Positions 47,740-58,257 are shown, counted from the first letter of the stretch. The stretch is DNA of 64,000 nt from an uncultured Chloroflexia bacterium (GCA_963749705.1 CAVVNQ010000011.1:32001-96000), one strand, 5' to 3'. The notes: generated by a model from the letters alone, not told the origin. Translations and numbers: made by a program.

Positions 47740-48183
47740 ATGACCTTCGATCTCGACCGGTTCGTCAACGCACAGCGAGGCACCTACGAGGGCGTGCTTG
47801 ACGAGCTGCAACGCGGGCACAAGACGGGGCACTGGATCTGGTTCATCTTTCCGCAGCTCGCCGGCCTCGGCAGGAGCGAGCTTTCGCGGTTCTACGCGAT
47901 CGCCTCCCTGGACGAGGCGCGCGCCTATCTCGCCGATCCGGTCCTCGGGGCACGCCTGCACGAGTGCGCGGCGCTCGTCCTCGCAACCCGCGAACGGACC
48001 GCCGAGCAGATCTTCGGATCGCTCGACGCGATGAAGGTTCGCTCCAGCATGACGCTGTTCCACCGGGCCGCTCCCCGCGACCCGCTGTTCGGCGCGGTGC
48101 TGGATCGCTGCTACGGCGGCAGGGCGGACGAGGCGACGGACACGCTGCTGGCCTCCTCCGAGCCCGGCGCAGCCGCCGGGTAA
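47740..48183 (+). CDS. DUF1810-family protein
   Basis: FDLDRFVNAQ, HWIWFIFPQ, SSMTLF. Confidence 0.92.
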   Translation: MTFDLDRFVNAQRGTYEGVLDELQRGHKTGHWIWFIFPQLAGLGRSELSRFYAIASLDEARAYLADPVLGARLHECAALVLATRERTAEQIFGSLDAMKVRSSMTLFHRAAPRDPLFGAVLDRCYGGRADEATDTLLASSEPGAAAG

Positions 48184-48210
48184 CGCGCCGGGTAACGCGC
48201 CGGGTAACGC
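48175..48210 (+). repeat. 12-nt tandem repeat x3 (GCCGGGTAACGC) spanning the DUF1810 stop codon
   Basis: Three exact copies. Confidence 0.9.
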
Positions 48211-48236
48211 GGCCGCCTCCCCCGACGGAACGCCGC

Positions 48237-48629
48237 TCAGCGTCCGGACAGAAGTCGCTGGAGGTTCCGGACGGTCTGGTCGAGCAGGCGCTCGATCTCC
48301 GCGCTGTCCGCGTCGTCGCGCACGTGGAGCCGCAGCGTCACCTGCGACGTGCTGCGCGTCCCCACGCTCACCGTCGCTGACCCGCCATAGTCGCGGTCGC
48401 CCATCCCCCACTCCACCCGCCGGGCTCCCGCATCCGCGAGGAACCGGGCCTCGCCGACCGGGCGGACCTCGGCGATATCGAGCTCGGCGTCCGGGTCACC
48501 GTCAACCGCGATGGCCTCGTCGAAGCGCATCGCCGTGACGTACTCGGGCACGCGACGCGGGTCGGACAGGAAGGCGAACGCCGCGTCCGCGCCGACCCCC
48601 ACCGTGGTGGTGCGCTCGAAGTCCGCCAT
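48237..48629 (-). CDS. SRPBCC/START-like protein
   Basis: AFAFLSDPRRVPEY, RRVEWG; GGAGG RBS. Confidence 0.75.
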   Translation of the reverse strand: MADFERTTTVGVGADAAFAFLSDPRRVPEYVTAMRFDEAIAVDGDPDAELDIAEVRPVGEARFLADAGARRVEWGMGDRDYGGSATVSVGTRSTSQVTLRLHVRDDADSAEIERLLDQTVRNLQRLLSGR

Positions 48630-48744
48630 GTCCGCCCTCCTGGTGATCGCGCCGGGCCGCCGTCCCCGACTCTATCCCGACCGCCCCGACCGCGCCGCGT
48701 GGCAGGCGGCGGGCGCACCGACGTCGGACGCTGCGGGTCCGCGG

Positions 48745-49368
48745 TCAGCCGGGCTCCTCCACCCGGAAGCCGATCGTCTCCGCGATGACCGTGGCCTGCT
48801 GGATGTCGATGGTGGCGCCCCGGATCTCGGCGTTGAGCGGATCGAGCGACGACAGGTCGCTGCCCCGCAGGTCCGTTCCCTCGAATGTGGCGCGATGAAG
48901 CCAGGCGCCCGACAGGTCGACGTCGCGAACGGTCGCGCCGTCCAGCCGCGCTCCGGTGAGATCGGCCTCGCGCATCCGGACACCCGTGAGCGACGCGCTG
49001 CCGAGGTCGGCGCCGGGCATTGCGACCATCGACCAGTCCCCCTCCTCGACGACGAGCAGCTCGTAGCTGCAGCGCTCGAACGTGCTGCCGACGAGCTTGC
49101 AGCGCGTGAACCGGGCGTTGAACAGGTTGCAGGCGACGAACGTGCAGCCGACGAACGCCGAGTCGATGAGGCTGGAGACGTTGAACCTGACCTCGCGGAA
49201 GGTGCACCCGGTGAACGATGCCGCTCGCATCACCAGGTCCGACAGGTCCGACCCGGAGAACAGCACCGACTCGTGCCTCGTGCCCGAGAACGTCGCATCC
49301 CCCCAGGTGGCGGCATCGAACGTGGACGTGATCGGCGCTGCCGGCACGGTCCGCCGTTGCGCGGCCAT
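48745..49368 (-). CDS. Pentapeptide-repeat protein (MfpA/Qnr-like fold)
   Basis: ADLTG, ARLDG, VDLSG, TDLRG, CKLVGSTF repeats. Confidence 0.88.
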   Translation of the reverse strand: MAAQRRTVPAAPITSTFDAATWGDATFSGTRHESVLFSGSDLSDLVMRAASFTGCTFREVRFNVSSLIDSAFVGCTFVACNLFNARFTRCKLVGSTFERCSYELLVVEEGDWSMVAMPGADLGSASLTGVRMREADLTGARLDGATVRDVDLSGAWLHRATFEGTDLRGSDLSSLDPLNAEIRGATIDIQQATVIAETIGFRVEEPG

Positions 49369-49423
49369 CAGCACCGGACCTCGTGGACGGCGACCCGACC
49401 CGCGGGTCCGGGGCCTGCGTGGG

Positions 49424-50113
49424 TCACAGCGTCGCCTCGATGACCGCCGCCAGCTCGGCCGGGCGGGTGAGGAACGGGGAGTGTCCGCCCGCGATCTCGA
49501 GTGCCTCGACGCCCAGCCGCTCACGCGCGGACGACCGCATCCACTCCGGGTTGATTGCCCGGTCATCGGCGCACGCGATCACGCGGCTGGGCACGGCGGG
49601 CCACGCCGCCAGCGGCGACGGCTCGTTCATCACGCGGTATGCCTGCGGCCGCAGTCGGTCGACCGCCCACGCGGCCAGCTCGGCGGGAACGTCGTCGAAG
49701 AACAGCTCGGTGGCCGTGCGCGGACCGACCATCCAAACGTCGTCCCCGAGATGCGTCCACTCCGGCGTCGTCGGCGGGACCCGCCCATCGATCGGCTCCC
49801 GGGCGCGCTGCTCGTTTGCGCTCAGCCCAGGCATGGGAAGGAACGACGCGAGGAACACCATCGCGTGGACCGGCTGGAGCTCCGCAACGAGCGGCAGGAC
49901 CAGCCCGGACATCGAGTGGCCAACGAGGACCGCTGGGTGATCGGCGCGCATGGCGTCGATCACCGCCCGGGCGTAGTCCGCCGCGCCGAGCGCCGGGTCC
50001 GATACGGGCAGCTCCGGGGTGATCACCCGGTGACCGAGCCGCTCCAGCTCGGGTCGCAGGAGGTCCCAGCACCAGGCGCCGTGGTACGACCCGTGGACGA
50101 GGACGATGTCCAT
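49424..50113 (-). CDS. Alpha/beta hydrolase (methylesterase-like)
   Basis: LVHGSYHGAWCW, GHSMSG, GGHSPF. Confidence 0.9.
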   Translation of the reverse strand: MDIVLVHGSYHGAWCWDLLRPELERLGHRVITPELPVSDPALGAADYARAVIDAMRADHPAVLVGHSMSGLVLPLVAELQPVHAMVFLASFLPMPGLSANEQRAREPIDGRVPPTTPEWTHLGDDVWMVGPRTATELFFDDVPAELAAWAVDRLRPQAYRVMNEPSPLAAWPAVPSRVIACADDRAINPEWMRSSARERLGVEALEIAGGHSPFLTRPAELAAVIEATL

Positions 50114-50312
50114 GGATGGCCTCCGTGTGAGCCGTTGCGGTTCCGGACCTTCGATCCGTGCAACCGGAGAGGAATCGTACGCGCTGGACCACGGCCGCGC
50201 GGCGCCGGGATCGTGGCGTCCCGGCGGCCGGAAGGTCGTGGCCCGGACACCGTCGCGGCGCTTCGAAGTCTGCGAAGATCCGGCGCGTGAGATGGAACGG
50301 GCGGTGGTTCGG

Positions 50313-51212
50313 ATGACCCGCCGCGGAGTCGCGCTGTTTGCCCTGATGTCGGTGATCTGGGGCATCCCATACCTGTTCATCCGGGTTGCCGTCGACGAGA
50401 TCTCGCCCGCGACGCTGGTCCTCGCGCGCACGGGGATCGCCAGCCTGATCCTGGTGCCAGTCGCGCTCGCGCGCATCGACCTCCGGGCGGTGCTCGCCCA
50501 CTGGCGCTGGGTCGCCGCGTTCGCGGTCGTCGAGATCGCCGTCCCCTGGGTGCTGCTCGGATCCGCGGAGCAGCAGATCTCGAGCTCGCTCGCCGGGCTG
50601 CTTGTCGCGGGCGTCCCGCTCGTGGGCGCCGCGATCGCGCTCACCACCGGCGGCGCCGACCGGATCGGCGGCAGGAGCCTGGTCGGGCTGCTGATCGGGC
50701 TGGCCGGCGTGGCCGCCATCGTCGGCGGCGACTTCGAGGCGTCCAACGCGACGGCCCTGCTCCAGGTCGGCGTCGTGGTCGTCGGGTACGCGGTCGGCCC
50801 CGCGATCCTCTCCCGGCGGCTCAACGGCGTGCCGTCCCTGGGCGTCATGGCCGTGTCGCTCGCCGCGTGTGCGGTCGTGTACGTCCCGATCGTGGCCGTC
50901 GACCCGCCGGTGACGATGCCCAGCGTCGACGTGATCGCATCGATCGTCGTGCTGGGCGTCCTGTGCACGGCCGTCGCGTTCATCCTGTTCGCGGCGCTGA
51001 TCGCGGAGATCGGGCCCGTCCGGGCCACCGTGATCACCTACGTCAACCCTGCCGTGGCGGCGCTGCTGGGCGTCCTCGTGCTCGACGAGACGTTCACGGT
51101 CCCCATGGCGCTCGGCTTCGCCCTGGTCATCCTGGGGTCCACGCTGGCCACCCGACGGTCGCCGGGCACCGCGATTTCGGACGCTCCGGAGGCCACGCTC
51201 GCCGGCCCCTAG
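50313..51212 (+). CDS. EamA/DMT-family transporter
   Basis: IWGIPYLFIRVA, ITYVNPAVA, about ten TM helices. Confidence 0.9.
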   Translation: MTRRGVALFALMSVIWGIPYLFIRVAVDEISPATLVLARTGIASLILVPVALARIDLRAVLAHWRWVAAFAVVEIAVPWVLLGSAEQQISSSLAGLLVAGVPLVGAAIALTTGGADRIGGRSLVGLLIGLAGVAAIVGGDFEASNATALLQVGVVVVGYAVGPAILSRRLNGVPSLGVMAVSLAACAVVYVPIVAVDPPVTMPSVDVIASIVVLGVLCTAVAFILFAALIAEIGPVRATVITYVNPAVAALLGVLVLDETFTVPMALGFALVILGSTLATRRSPGTAISDAPEATLAGP

Positions 51213-51363
51213 CGTCGCCATCCCGCACGCTGCCACCGTCCGAGTCGGGCCATCGGCGGTGCCAACGGCCTGCCGCAGACATGCGCGAGGACATGTTCCA
51301 TGCGTCTCCCGCCAGGCACGCTGCGCTGATGAGGCGTCCCACCAGCTCGCGGAGGTTCGCACG

Positions 51364-52033
51364 ATGACCACCCACCCGGTGCCCTTCGGTGTCGCGCGGC
51401 TCGCCGCGACCGGACGGACGCGGGCGTTCGACCTCGCCCTCGCGGGCTCGCTGCTCGCCGTGGCCGGCGGCGTGATCCTGATGGGGATCATCACCGCGGA
51501 GGCGCTCTACCCTGCCCCGTACGCCACGGGTGCCAACGAGATCAGCGACCTCGGTGGGACCCGTCCACCGGCCGGGATCGTCCTCCAGCCCTCGGCGGCG
51601 ATCTTCGACCTGTCGATGATCGTGGTCGGACTGCTGCTCGCGGCGAGCGCGGTCTTCGTCCATCGGGCGTACGGGTTCCGCTCGGTGTCGCTCCCCATCG
51701 GCGTGCTCGGCCTGGCCGCGCTCGGCGTCGGCATCTTCCCGGGCAACACCGGAGCGCCACACGCGATCTGCGCGATGGTCACGTTCGTTGCCGGTGGGAT
51801 CGCCGCCGTCACCTCCGCCCGCGTCGTGAGCGGGCCGTTCCGACCTGCTCGTGATCCTGCTGGGGACGATCACCCTGGGCGTCCTGCTCACCTACCTGTT
51901 CCTCGGCGACGCGCACCCGATGGCGTCACTGGGGGTGGGCGGGATCGAGCGCTGGATCGTCTACCCGGTGGTGATCTGGATCATCGCGTTCGGCGGCTAC
52001 CTGGCCGGACGCGAGCCTGTGGGCGAGGGGTGA
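51364..52033 (+). pseudogene. DUF998-like membrane protein, frameshifted near 51845
   Basis: NEISDLG and GVGIFP in frame 1; C-terminal LGVGGIERWIVYP in another frame. Confidence 0.75.
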
Positions 52034-52037
52034 CCGG

Positions 52038-52805
52038 TCACAGCACCCGGCCGTACTGGCGCGCGGGAAGGATCGTGTAACCGAGCGCCCGCCAGAACGC
52101 GACCGCGCCCTCGTTGTCGTCGAGGACGATGACGTTGACCTTGGGGCAGCCGAGGGCCCGCAGCCCGTCCTCGATCGCGGCGACGAGCTGTCGGGCGGTT
52201 CCTCGCCGCTGGTGATCCGGGTGGACCCCGACGTGGTAGATCCAGCCGCGCCGGCCATCCCAGCCGCCCAGCGCGGAGCCGACGATCGCGTCGTCGGCGG
52301 TCGCCACCAGCAGCAGCCCGGGGTTGCGCCGGGCCATGACCGCGAGCCCGGCATCGTCATCGCCCAGCGACCGGAGGTCCAGCAGGTCCCACAGCCCGCG
52401 GAGCGCCGGCCCGTCGGCGTCCTGCCATTCGCGGATCAGCACCGGCGGCTCGGGCGGCTCCGGCGGCTCGGGTTCGGGGGCCGGCTGGCCGGCGGGTGTC
52501 TCGTCGACGTCCGGCACGGCCGTCGCCGCCTCGCGCGGCGGCCTCGGCGGCAGGGCGGCCATCCTCGCGGCCAGGTCCGAGGTCGGAGCCGGCCCGCCAC
52601 GCGCGATCTCGGCGGCCTCCCGTGCCGCGACCAGCGTCGCAAACGGCCCTCGCACGAGCGGCATCCCCAGCTCGTTGACCTGCTCCGCGTCGGTGAGCAT
52701 CCAGCCGCCAGACGCCTGCTCGATGGCGAATCGCCCGTCACCCGTCGCATACAGGCCGGCCCCCTGTCGCTTGAAGGTCGCGGGTCCGACGGGCTGTCTC
52801 GGCAT
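52038..52805 (-). CDS. GNAT acetyltransferase (YpeA-like) with extra N-terminal domain
   Basis: GWDGRRGWIYHVGVHPDHQRRG, NEGAVAFWRALGY. Confidence 0.85.
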   Translation of the reverse strand: MPRQPVGPATFKRQGAGLYATGDGRFAIEQASGGWMLTDAEQVNELGMPLVRGPFATLVAAREAAEIARGGPAPTSDLAARMAALPPRPPREAATAVPDVDETPAGQPAPEPEPPEPPEPPVLIREWQDADGPALRGLWDLLDLRSLGDDDAGLAVMARRNPGLLLVATADDAIVGSALGGWDGRRGWIYHVGVHPDHQRRGTARQLVAAIEDGLRALGCPKVNVIVLDDNEGAVAFWRALGYTILPARQYGRVL

Positions 52806-52868
52806 GCGCCAATGATCGCCCGTCCGGCGTCGCGCGTCCCGGGCGTTCGCCGGCGGTACAGTCCGGCG

Positions 52869-53531
52869 ATGGCCTCATCGACCCGCGCCTTCGTCCTCCG
52901 CCACACGCGGCTGCGGCCCGTGCCCGGGCTCGAGGACGTCAGCCTTCACCTGGCCGACGAGGTGCTTCCGCTGTGGCGGGCCGCGCAGCTGGAGACCGGG
53001 GACGAGGATGCCGCCCTGCCCTACTGGGCATTCGCCTGGGCGGGCGGCCTTGCGATCGGGCGCTACCTGCGTGACCGTCCCGATGCCGTCGCCGGTCGAC
53101 GGGTGTTCGACCTCGCGTCCGGGTCGGGGCTGTGCGCGATCTCGGCGCTGCGGGCGGGCGCGCTCGAGGCAACGTGCGCCGACATCGATCCGTTCGCGGC
53201 GGCCGCCATCGCGCTCAATGCCCGCGCCGCCGGCCAGCGGGTCACGATCATTCACCGCGACGTGCTCGACGATGCCCCGCCCGAGGCCGACGTGATCCTC
53301 GCCGGCGACTGCTGGTACGACCCGCACCTCGCGGCCCGCGTCCTGCCGTGGCTGGTGCGGGCGCGCGCGCAGGGGATCGACGTCCTCGTCGGCGACCCCG
53401 GACGTCGATATCTGCCCACGGCCGATCTCGTCGAGCTTGCTCGCTACGAGGTGAGGACGACGACCGAGCTCGAGGACCTCGCACTCAAGGATGGGCGCGT
53501 GTACGGCCTCAGGCCCGCGGCCGGAGCCTGA
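52869..53531 (+). CDS. Protein methyltransferase (nicotinamide N-methylase / METTL20-like)
   Basis: PYWAFAWAGG, DLASGSG, VGDPGRRYLP. Confidence 0.88.
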   Translation: MASSTRAFVLRHTRLRPVPGLEDVSLHLADEVLPLWRAAQLETGDEDAALPYWAFAWAGGLAIGRYLRDRPDAVAGRRVFDLASGSGLCAISALRAGALEATCADIDPFAAAAIALNARAAGQRVTIIHRDVLDDAPPEADVILAGDCWYDPHLAARVLPWLVRARAQGIDVLVGDPGRRYLPTADLVELARYEVRTTTELEDLALKDGRVYGLRPAAGA

Positions 53532-53602
53532 CCCGCCGGACGCGCGGCTGCGGGGCGGGAGTCACCCGCCACCCTACTTGTGCGGGGTGCGATGATCCGC
53601 GC

Positions 53603-53806
53603 ATGGTCGAGTACGGACAGGGCGTCGGACAGGCGACGGGCGTCGGCGGTCAGGCAGGCGGGGGCGGCACGCAGGACCTCGGTGCCGGGGCTGCGGCGTT
53701 CGTCGACAACGCGATCCACACCGTGTCGGCGCTTCCCCCGGAGCAGCTGGTCCTGGTCCTGGTCGCGGTCCTGGCGGGCCTGATCATTCTTCGCCGGGCG
53801 TTCTGA
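53603..53806 (+). CDS. Small hypothetical membrane protein
   Basis: 67 aa; Gly-rich N-terminus, one C-terminal TM ending LRRAF. Confidence 0.6.
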   Translation: MVEYGQGVGQATGVGGQAGGGGTQDLGAGAAAFVDNAIHTVSALPPEQLVLVLVAVLAGLIILRRAF

Positions 53807-55115
53807 CGAGCGGGACCGCTCCCTCCTCCGGTTCGGCGAGCTGACCGACCTCCGCCGCCAGCGCCTCCGACACGCCGGGCGCGCCGATGGACGAGCTCGT
53901 CGCCTCGGGGCCCGCGTGCAGCGTGCGAACGCTCGGAATTGCCAGCATCGCGATCGTGATCGCGATGTTCAGGCCGCCGGCGATCAGCAGGCTCTCCCCC
54001 ACCCCGATCACCTCCGACAGCGGGCCGATCAGCGCGTAGCCGATGGGGTTGAGCGCGACGGATCCGAACCAGTCGAACGAGCTGATCCGCGAGATGGCGT
54101 GCTCCGGGATCTTCTCCTGGAGCGTCGAGAACCAGACGGCGTTGCCGATCGCAAAACCGCCGCCGCTGACGAACGCGGTCGCGGTGATCGCCCACAGCGG
54201 TGCGCCGGCGCCGAGCAGGAGCACCTGGAACCCCGCGGGCAGGACGAGCAGCAGCAGGGCGATCAGCGGTCGAGAGAACCGGACGCGGAGCGCGACCAGG
54301 CCCCCGAGCAACGACCCCGCCGACTGGACGGCCAGGATCGCGCCCCAGGCACCGGCCCCGCCCAGCTGTGTCTTGGCGACGAACGGACCGAGCACCAGCA
54401 GGGCCGGGAAGAAGGTGAGCTGGAACAGCGAGAACGAGGCCACGACGGCGACCAGCCAGGTCCGCGACGTGAACTCCTGCCATCCCTCGCGGAAGTCCGA
54501 GATCACGCTGCGCCCTGACACGCGCATGGTGCGCGGCAGGTCAACGCGCGCCAGCAGGATCGCGCTGACGGCGAACGTGAGGGCATCGGCACCCAGGGCC
54601 CAGGCCGGTGCGGCAGCCGCGACGATGATCGCCCCGATCGCGGGTCCCGCGATCGACGCCGTCGAGCCGGACAGGCCCAGCATCGCGTTGGCCTGCTGGA
54701 GCCGCGCGGGTCGAACCACCTGTGGCAGCAGCCCCTGGAATGCCGGCCGCCCGAACGCGTTGACGCCGCCGTAGACCACCTGGAGCAGCGCGACCGCGAG
54801 CAGCGAGGCGTTGCCCGTCAGCAGCAGGACGGCGGTCAATCCCTGCGCCACGCCGCGCAGGACGTCGGCGGAGACGAGGACGAGGTGCCGCGGCAGTCGG
54901 TCGCTCCAGACGCCGCCGAGCAGGAGCAGCACGACCAGCGGGATCTCGCGCGCCAGGATCACGAACCCGAGGTCCGCGGGGCCGCCGAAATCGAGCACGG
55001 CGAACGCCAGCGCGATGTTGGCCATCTGGCTGCCAAAGGTCGACACGGTGCGGGCGCCGAACAGCAGCCGGAACCGTCGCTCGCGCAGCGGGTCGAGCTC
55101 AGCGGGAAGGTGCAT
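53784..55115 (-). CDS. MFS transporter (DHA3-like)
   Basis: GVWSDRLPR motif A, LQQANA, about twelve TM helices. Confidence 0.9.
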   Translation of the reverse strand: MHLPAELDPLRERRFRLLFGARTVSTFGSQMANIALAFAVLDFGGPADLGFVILAREIPLVVLLLLGGVWSDRLPRHLVLVSADVLRGVAQGLTAVLLLTGNASLLAVALLQVVYGGVNAFGRPAFQGLLPQVVRPARLQQANAMLGLSGSTASIAGPAIGAIIVAAAAPAWALGADALTFAVSAILLARVDLPRTMRVSGRSVISDFREGWQEFTSRTWLVAVVASFSLFQLTFFPALLVLGPFVAKTQLGGAGAWGAILAVQSAGSLLGGLVALRVRFSRPLIALLLLVLPAGFQVLLLGAGAPLWAITATAFVSGGGFAIGNAVWFSTLQEKIPEHAISRISSFDWFGSVALNPIGYALIGPLSEVIGVGESLLIAGGLNIAITIAMLAIPSVRTLHAGPEATSSSIGAPGVSEALAAEVGQLAEPEEGAVPLVRTPGEE

Positions 55116-55310
55116 TCGGGGGACGGTACTACACGGGGGGTGCGTGTCCGGTCCACGGGCGGGCTCTGCCGTGGCCCGATCGACGGGCGCGTCGCTGACT
55201 GCCCGGCAGGCGCGTTTCGCCGGCGCGGCGTGCAGGCGGCCGCGCGGCCGTGCATCATCGCTGTCTGCACGCTCCAGGGCGCGATGCGCCCGCCAGCAGG
55301 GGGGCCTTCG

Positions 55311-57146
55311 ATGACGACTCCCGCGCCCGTCACGGTGTCACCCGAAGCGCGAACCTCCGGGCGTCGCCGGCCGGGGCGCACGCGGATCGCCGTGATGGGG
55401 ATCATCGGGGTCGTCGTGCTCGCCGCGGCCGGTCTGGTGATGTGGGACGCCGGCTACCAGGGCAGGGTCCTGCCGGGCGTCCGGGTCGGCACGGTGGACC
55501 TGTCCGGGCTCGACCGGGCGTCGGCGGCGCACGTGCTGGCAGCGGCGTACGACCTCGGGCAGGGACGCCTGATCCTGCACACGACGGCCGCGGGCAACAT
55601 CGAGATCCCGTATTCGAAGCTCGGCCGGGAGGCCGACATCGACGGCATGGTCGAGGATGCGCTCAACGCCGGACGAGCCGGGTCGGTCCTCGTCCGTGCC
55701 TGGGCGGAGGTGACGCAGGCGGTGCGCGGGACGACGCTCCAGCCCCGCCTGCGGCTCGACCACGCAACCCTTGCCGCGCCGATCTCCAGCGCGCTCCGGA
55801 CCCTGGACCAGCCACCGGTCGATGCCACGGTTGCGATCGGGCCGGACGGGTTCGTGAGCACCCCGGCCCGCTCTGGGCGGATCGCCGACCCGGCCCCGGT
55901 GATCACCGCGGCCATCGACAGCCTGGGCCGGATCGACGCCCCGGCGGAGGTCACCATCGCGGTCGGCCTGGGCATCGTGCCACCGGCCACCAGCGACTTT
56001 GCGGCAACCGTGGCGAGGGTCCGTGCCCGGCAGCTCATCGGCGACGTGACCGTGGTCTTCGGCAAGAGCTCATGGACGATCCCCGCCGCGACCGTCCGCA
56101 AGTGGGTGCGCTTCGTCGCAGGCCCCGGGGGGTCGGTATCACCCGCGGTCGACGCCACCCAGGTGAGCGGCGCCCTGGGAGCCGTCGGCAAGGGGGTGAA
56201 GCTCAAGCCCGCGTCCGCGACATTCCTGACCGCCAGGAGCGGCAAGGTCGTCGGTGTCGCGGCCGCCAGGAACGGCCGCCGCCTGGAGGTCGACGTCACG
56301 GTGGCCCGGATCGTCGACGAGCTCATGGCTCGCAGCCGCGGCCGACCGGCAGCCCCGGTGACGGCGATGACCGTGTCGGTCGCTCCCGACCTGACCACCG
56401 ATGCCGCGACACGGACCGCGCCCCTGATGACCAGGCTGGGCACCTGGACCACGTGGTTCCCCATCGGGAGCAGCAACTACTACGGCGCCAACATCTGGCT
56501 GCCCGCCCAGATCATCAACGGGACCGTCCTCGCACCCGGCCAGACGTTCGACTGGTGGCGCGCCGTGCTGCCCGTCAACACCGCCCGGGGGTTCGGTCCG
56601 GGCGGGGTGATCAAGACCAATCACACGGAGCCAACGGGCGCGCTCGGCGGCGGCATGTGCTCGAGCTCCACCACGCTGTTCAATGCGGCCCTCCGAGCCG
56701 GGCTCCGGATGGGCGCACGCTCCAACCATCGCTACTACATCTATCGCTACCCGGTGGGCCTCGACGCCACCGTCTCGATCATGGGCGGCGGCCGGCAGAC
56801 GATGAGCTTCACCAACGACACGGGCCACCCCATCCTGATCCGCGGGTTCAAGATTCGTGGATCCAACGGGCGCGGCTACGTTCGATACGAGATCTGGGGC
56901 ATCGCCGACGGGCGCCAGGTCACGATCGGGCGCCCGGTGATCACCAACGTCCGCAAGGCGACCACCCGGACCGTCCTCGTCAGCACCCTCCGGACGGGCG
57001 TGCGCAAGCAGACCGAGTACGCGTCGAACGGCATGGACGTGTCGGTGTCCCGGGTCGTCCGGGACGCCGCCGGCAAGGTCATCCACCACGACGTCTACCG
57101 CTCCCACTACGTCCTGTGGAACGGCCTGATCGAGGTTGGCGCGTAG
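55311..57146 (+). CDS. VanW-family protein with N-terminal TM and peptidoglycan-binding-like repeats (YoaR-like)
   Basis: LGGGMCSSSTTLFNA, RSNH, YPVGLDATV, FTNDTGHPILI. Confidence 0.88.
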   Translation: MTTPAPVTVSPEARTSGRRRPGRTRIAVMGIIGVVVLAAAGLVMWDAGYQGRVLPGVRVGTVDLSGLDRASAAHVLAAAYDLGQGRLILHTTAAGNIEIPYSKLGREADIDGMVEDALNAGRAGSVLVRAWAEVTQAVRGTTLQPRLRLDHATLAAPISSALRTLDQPPVDATVAIGPDGFVSTPARSGRIADPAPVITAAIDSLGRIDAPAEVTIAVGLGIVPPATSDFAATVARVRARQLIGDVTVVFGKSSWTIPAATVRKWVRFVAGPGGSVSPAVDATQVSGALGAVGKGVKLKPASATFLTARSGKVVGVAAARNGRRLEVDVTVARIVDELMARSRGRPAAPVTAMTVSVAPDLTTDAATRTAPLMTRLGTWTTWFPIGSSNYYGANIWLPAQIINGTVLAPGQTFDWWRAVLPVNTARGFGPGGVIKTNHTEPTGALGGGMCSSSTTLFNAALRAGLRMGARSNHRYYIYRYPVGLDATVSIMGGGRQTMSFTNDTGHPILIRGFKIRGSNGRGYVRYEIWGIADGRQVTIGRPVITNVRKATTRTVLVSTLRTGVRKQTEYASNGMDVSVSRVVRDAAGKVIHHDVYRSHYVLWNGLIEVGA

Positions 57147-57219
57147 CCCGACCGGCCCGCCGGTACCATCAGGGTCGTGACGCCGGGTCGCCCCGCCCGT
57201 CCGATAGCTGGAGGCCCAG

Positions 57220-58257
57220 ATGCGCTTTGGGTACGGGCTGCTCACCGCCCAGCACCATCCGTCCGATCCCCGACCGGTGGCCGAGCTGTATCGCGAGGCG
57301 ATCGAGTATGGCGTGCTGGCCGAGGCCGCCGGGTTTGACAGCGTCTGGACCAGCGAGCACCACTTCGTCGACGACGGCTACATGTCGGCGCAGCTGCCGG
57401 TCCTGGCGGCGATCGCGGCACGGACTGAACGGATCCGGCTGGGGACCGGCGTCCTGCTGGCACCCCTGTTCGATCCCCTGCGGCTCGCCGAGGATGCGGC
57501 GACCGTCGACCTGATCTCCGGCGGCCGGCTGATCCTCGGCCTGGCGATCGGATGGCGCGACGAGGAGTTCGAGGGGTTCGACACCTCCACGCGCTCGCGG
57601 GGTGCCCGCCTGGAGGCGACGATCGGCGTCCTGCGCCAGGCATGGGGCGACGGGCTGACCACCGGTGACGGCGTGACGTTCCGCTATCCGGCGCCGGGGC
57701 TCAACGTCACGCCCAAGCCGGTCCGCGGCGCGGCGACACCGATCTGGGTCGGCGCCGGAGCGGAGCCCGCCGTCCGACGCGCGGGGCGCATCGCCGACGG
57801 CTACCTGGGCAGTGGCGCATCGCCGGAGGCGCTCGCCGACCGTGCCCGCTGGGTCCGCGACGCGGCCGGAACGGCCGGCCGGGACCCGGACGCGATCGAG
57901 ATCGCCGTCCACCGGACGACCTTCGCCTGGCGCGATGGCGACGCATGGCAGCGCGTCGGCGATGCGGCCCGGTACATGAGCTGGAAGTACGCCGACATGG
58001 GAGCCGCGCGCGGCTCCACCCGTCGTTCCCTGCCGGACCCGGGCGACGCTCCCTCGCCCGACGACGTCCGGTCGCGGATGCTGGTCGGTTCGCCTGAGGC
58101 GGTCGCGGACGGCATTCGCGCCTACGCCGCCACGCTCGGCCCATCCGGTTCGTTCGTGTTCCGGACGCACTTCCCGGGGCTCGATCCGGGCGTGCAGCGC
58201 GAGGCATTCGATGTCCTCGTGGAGGACGTGATCCCGTTGCTCCGCGACGCGCGATAG
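57220..58257 (+). CDS. LLM-class flavin-dependent oxidoreductase
   Basis: WTSEHHF, LAEDAATVDLISGGRL, RRAGRIADG. Confidence 0.9.
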   Translation: MRFGYGLLTAQHHPSDPRPVAELYREAIEYGVLAEAAGFDSVWTSEHHFVDDGYMSAQLPVLAAIAARTERIRLGTGVLLAPLFDPLRLAEDAATVDLISGGRLILGLAIGWRDEEFEGFDTSTRSRGARLEATIGVLRQAWGDGLTTGDGVTFRYPAPGLNVTPKPVRGAATPIWVGAGAEPAVRRAGRIADGYLGSGASPEALADRARWVRDAAGTAGRDPDAIEIAVHRTTFAWRDGDAWQRVGDAARYMSWKYADMGAARGSTRRSLPDPGDAPSPDDVRSRMLVGSPEAVADGIRAYAATLGPSGSFVFRTHFPGLDPGVQREAFDVLVEDVIPLLRDAR

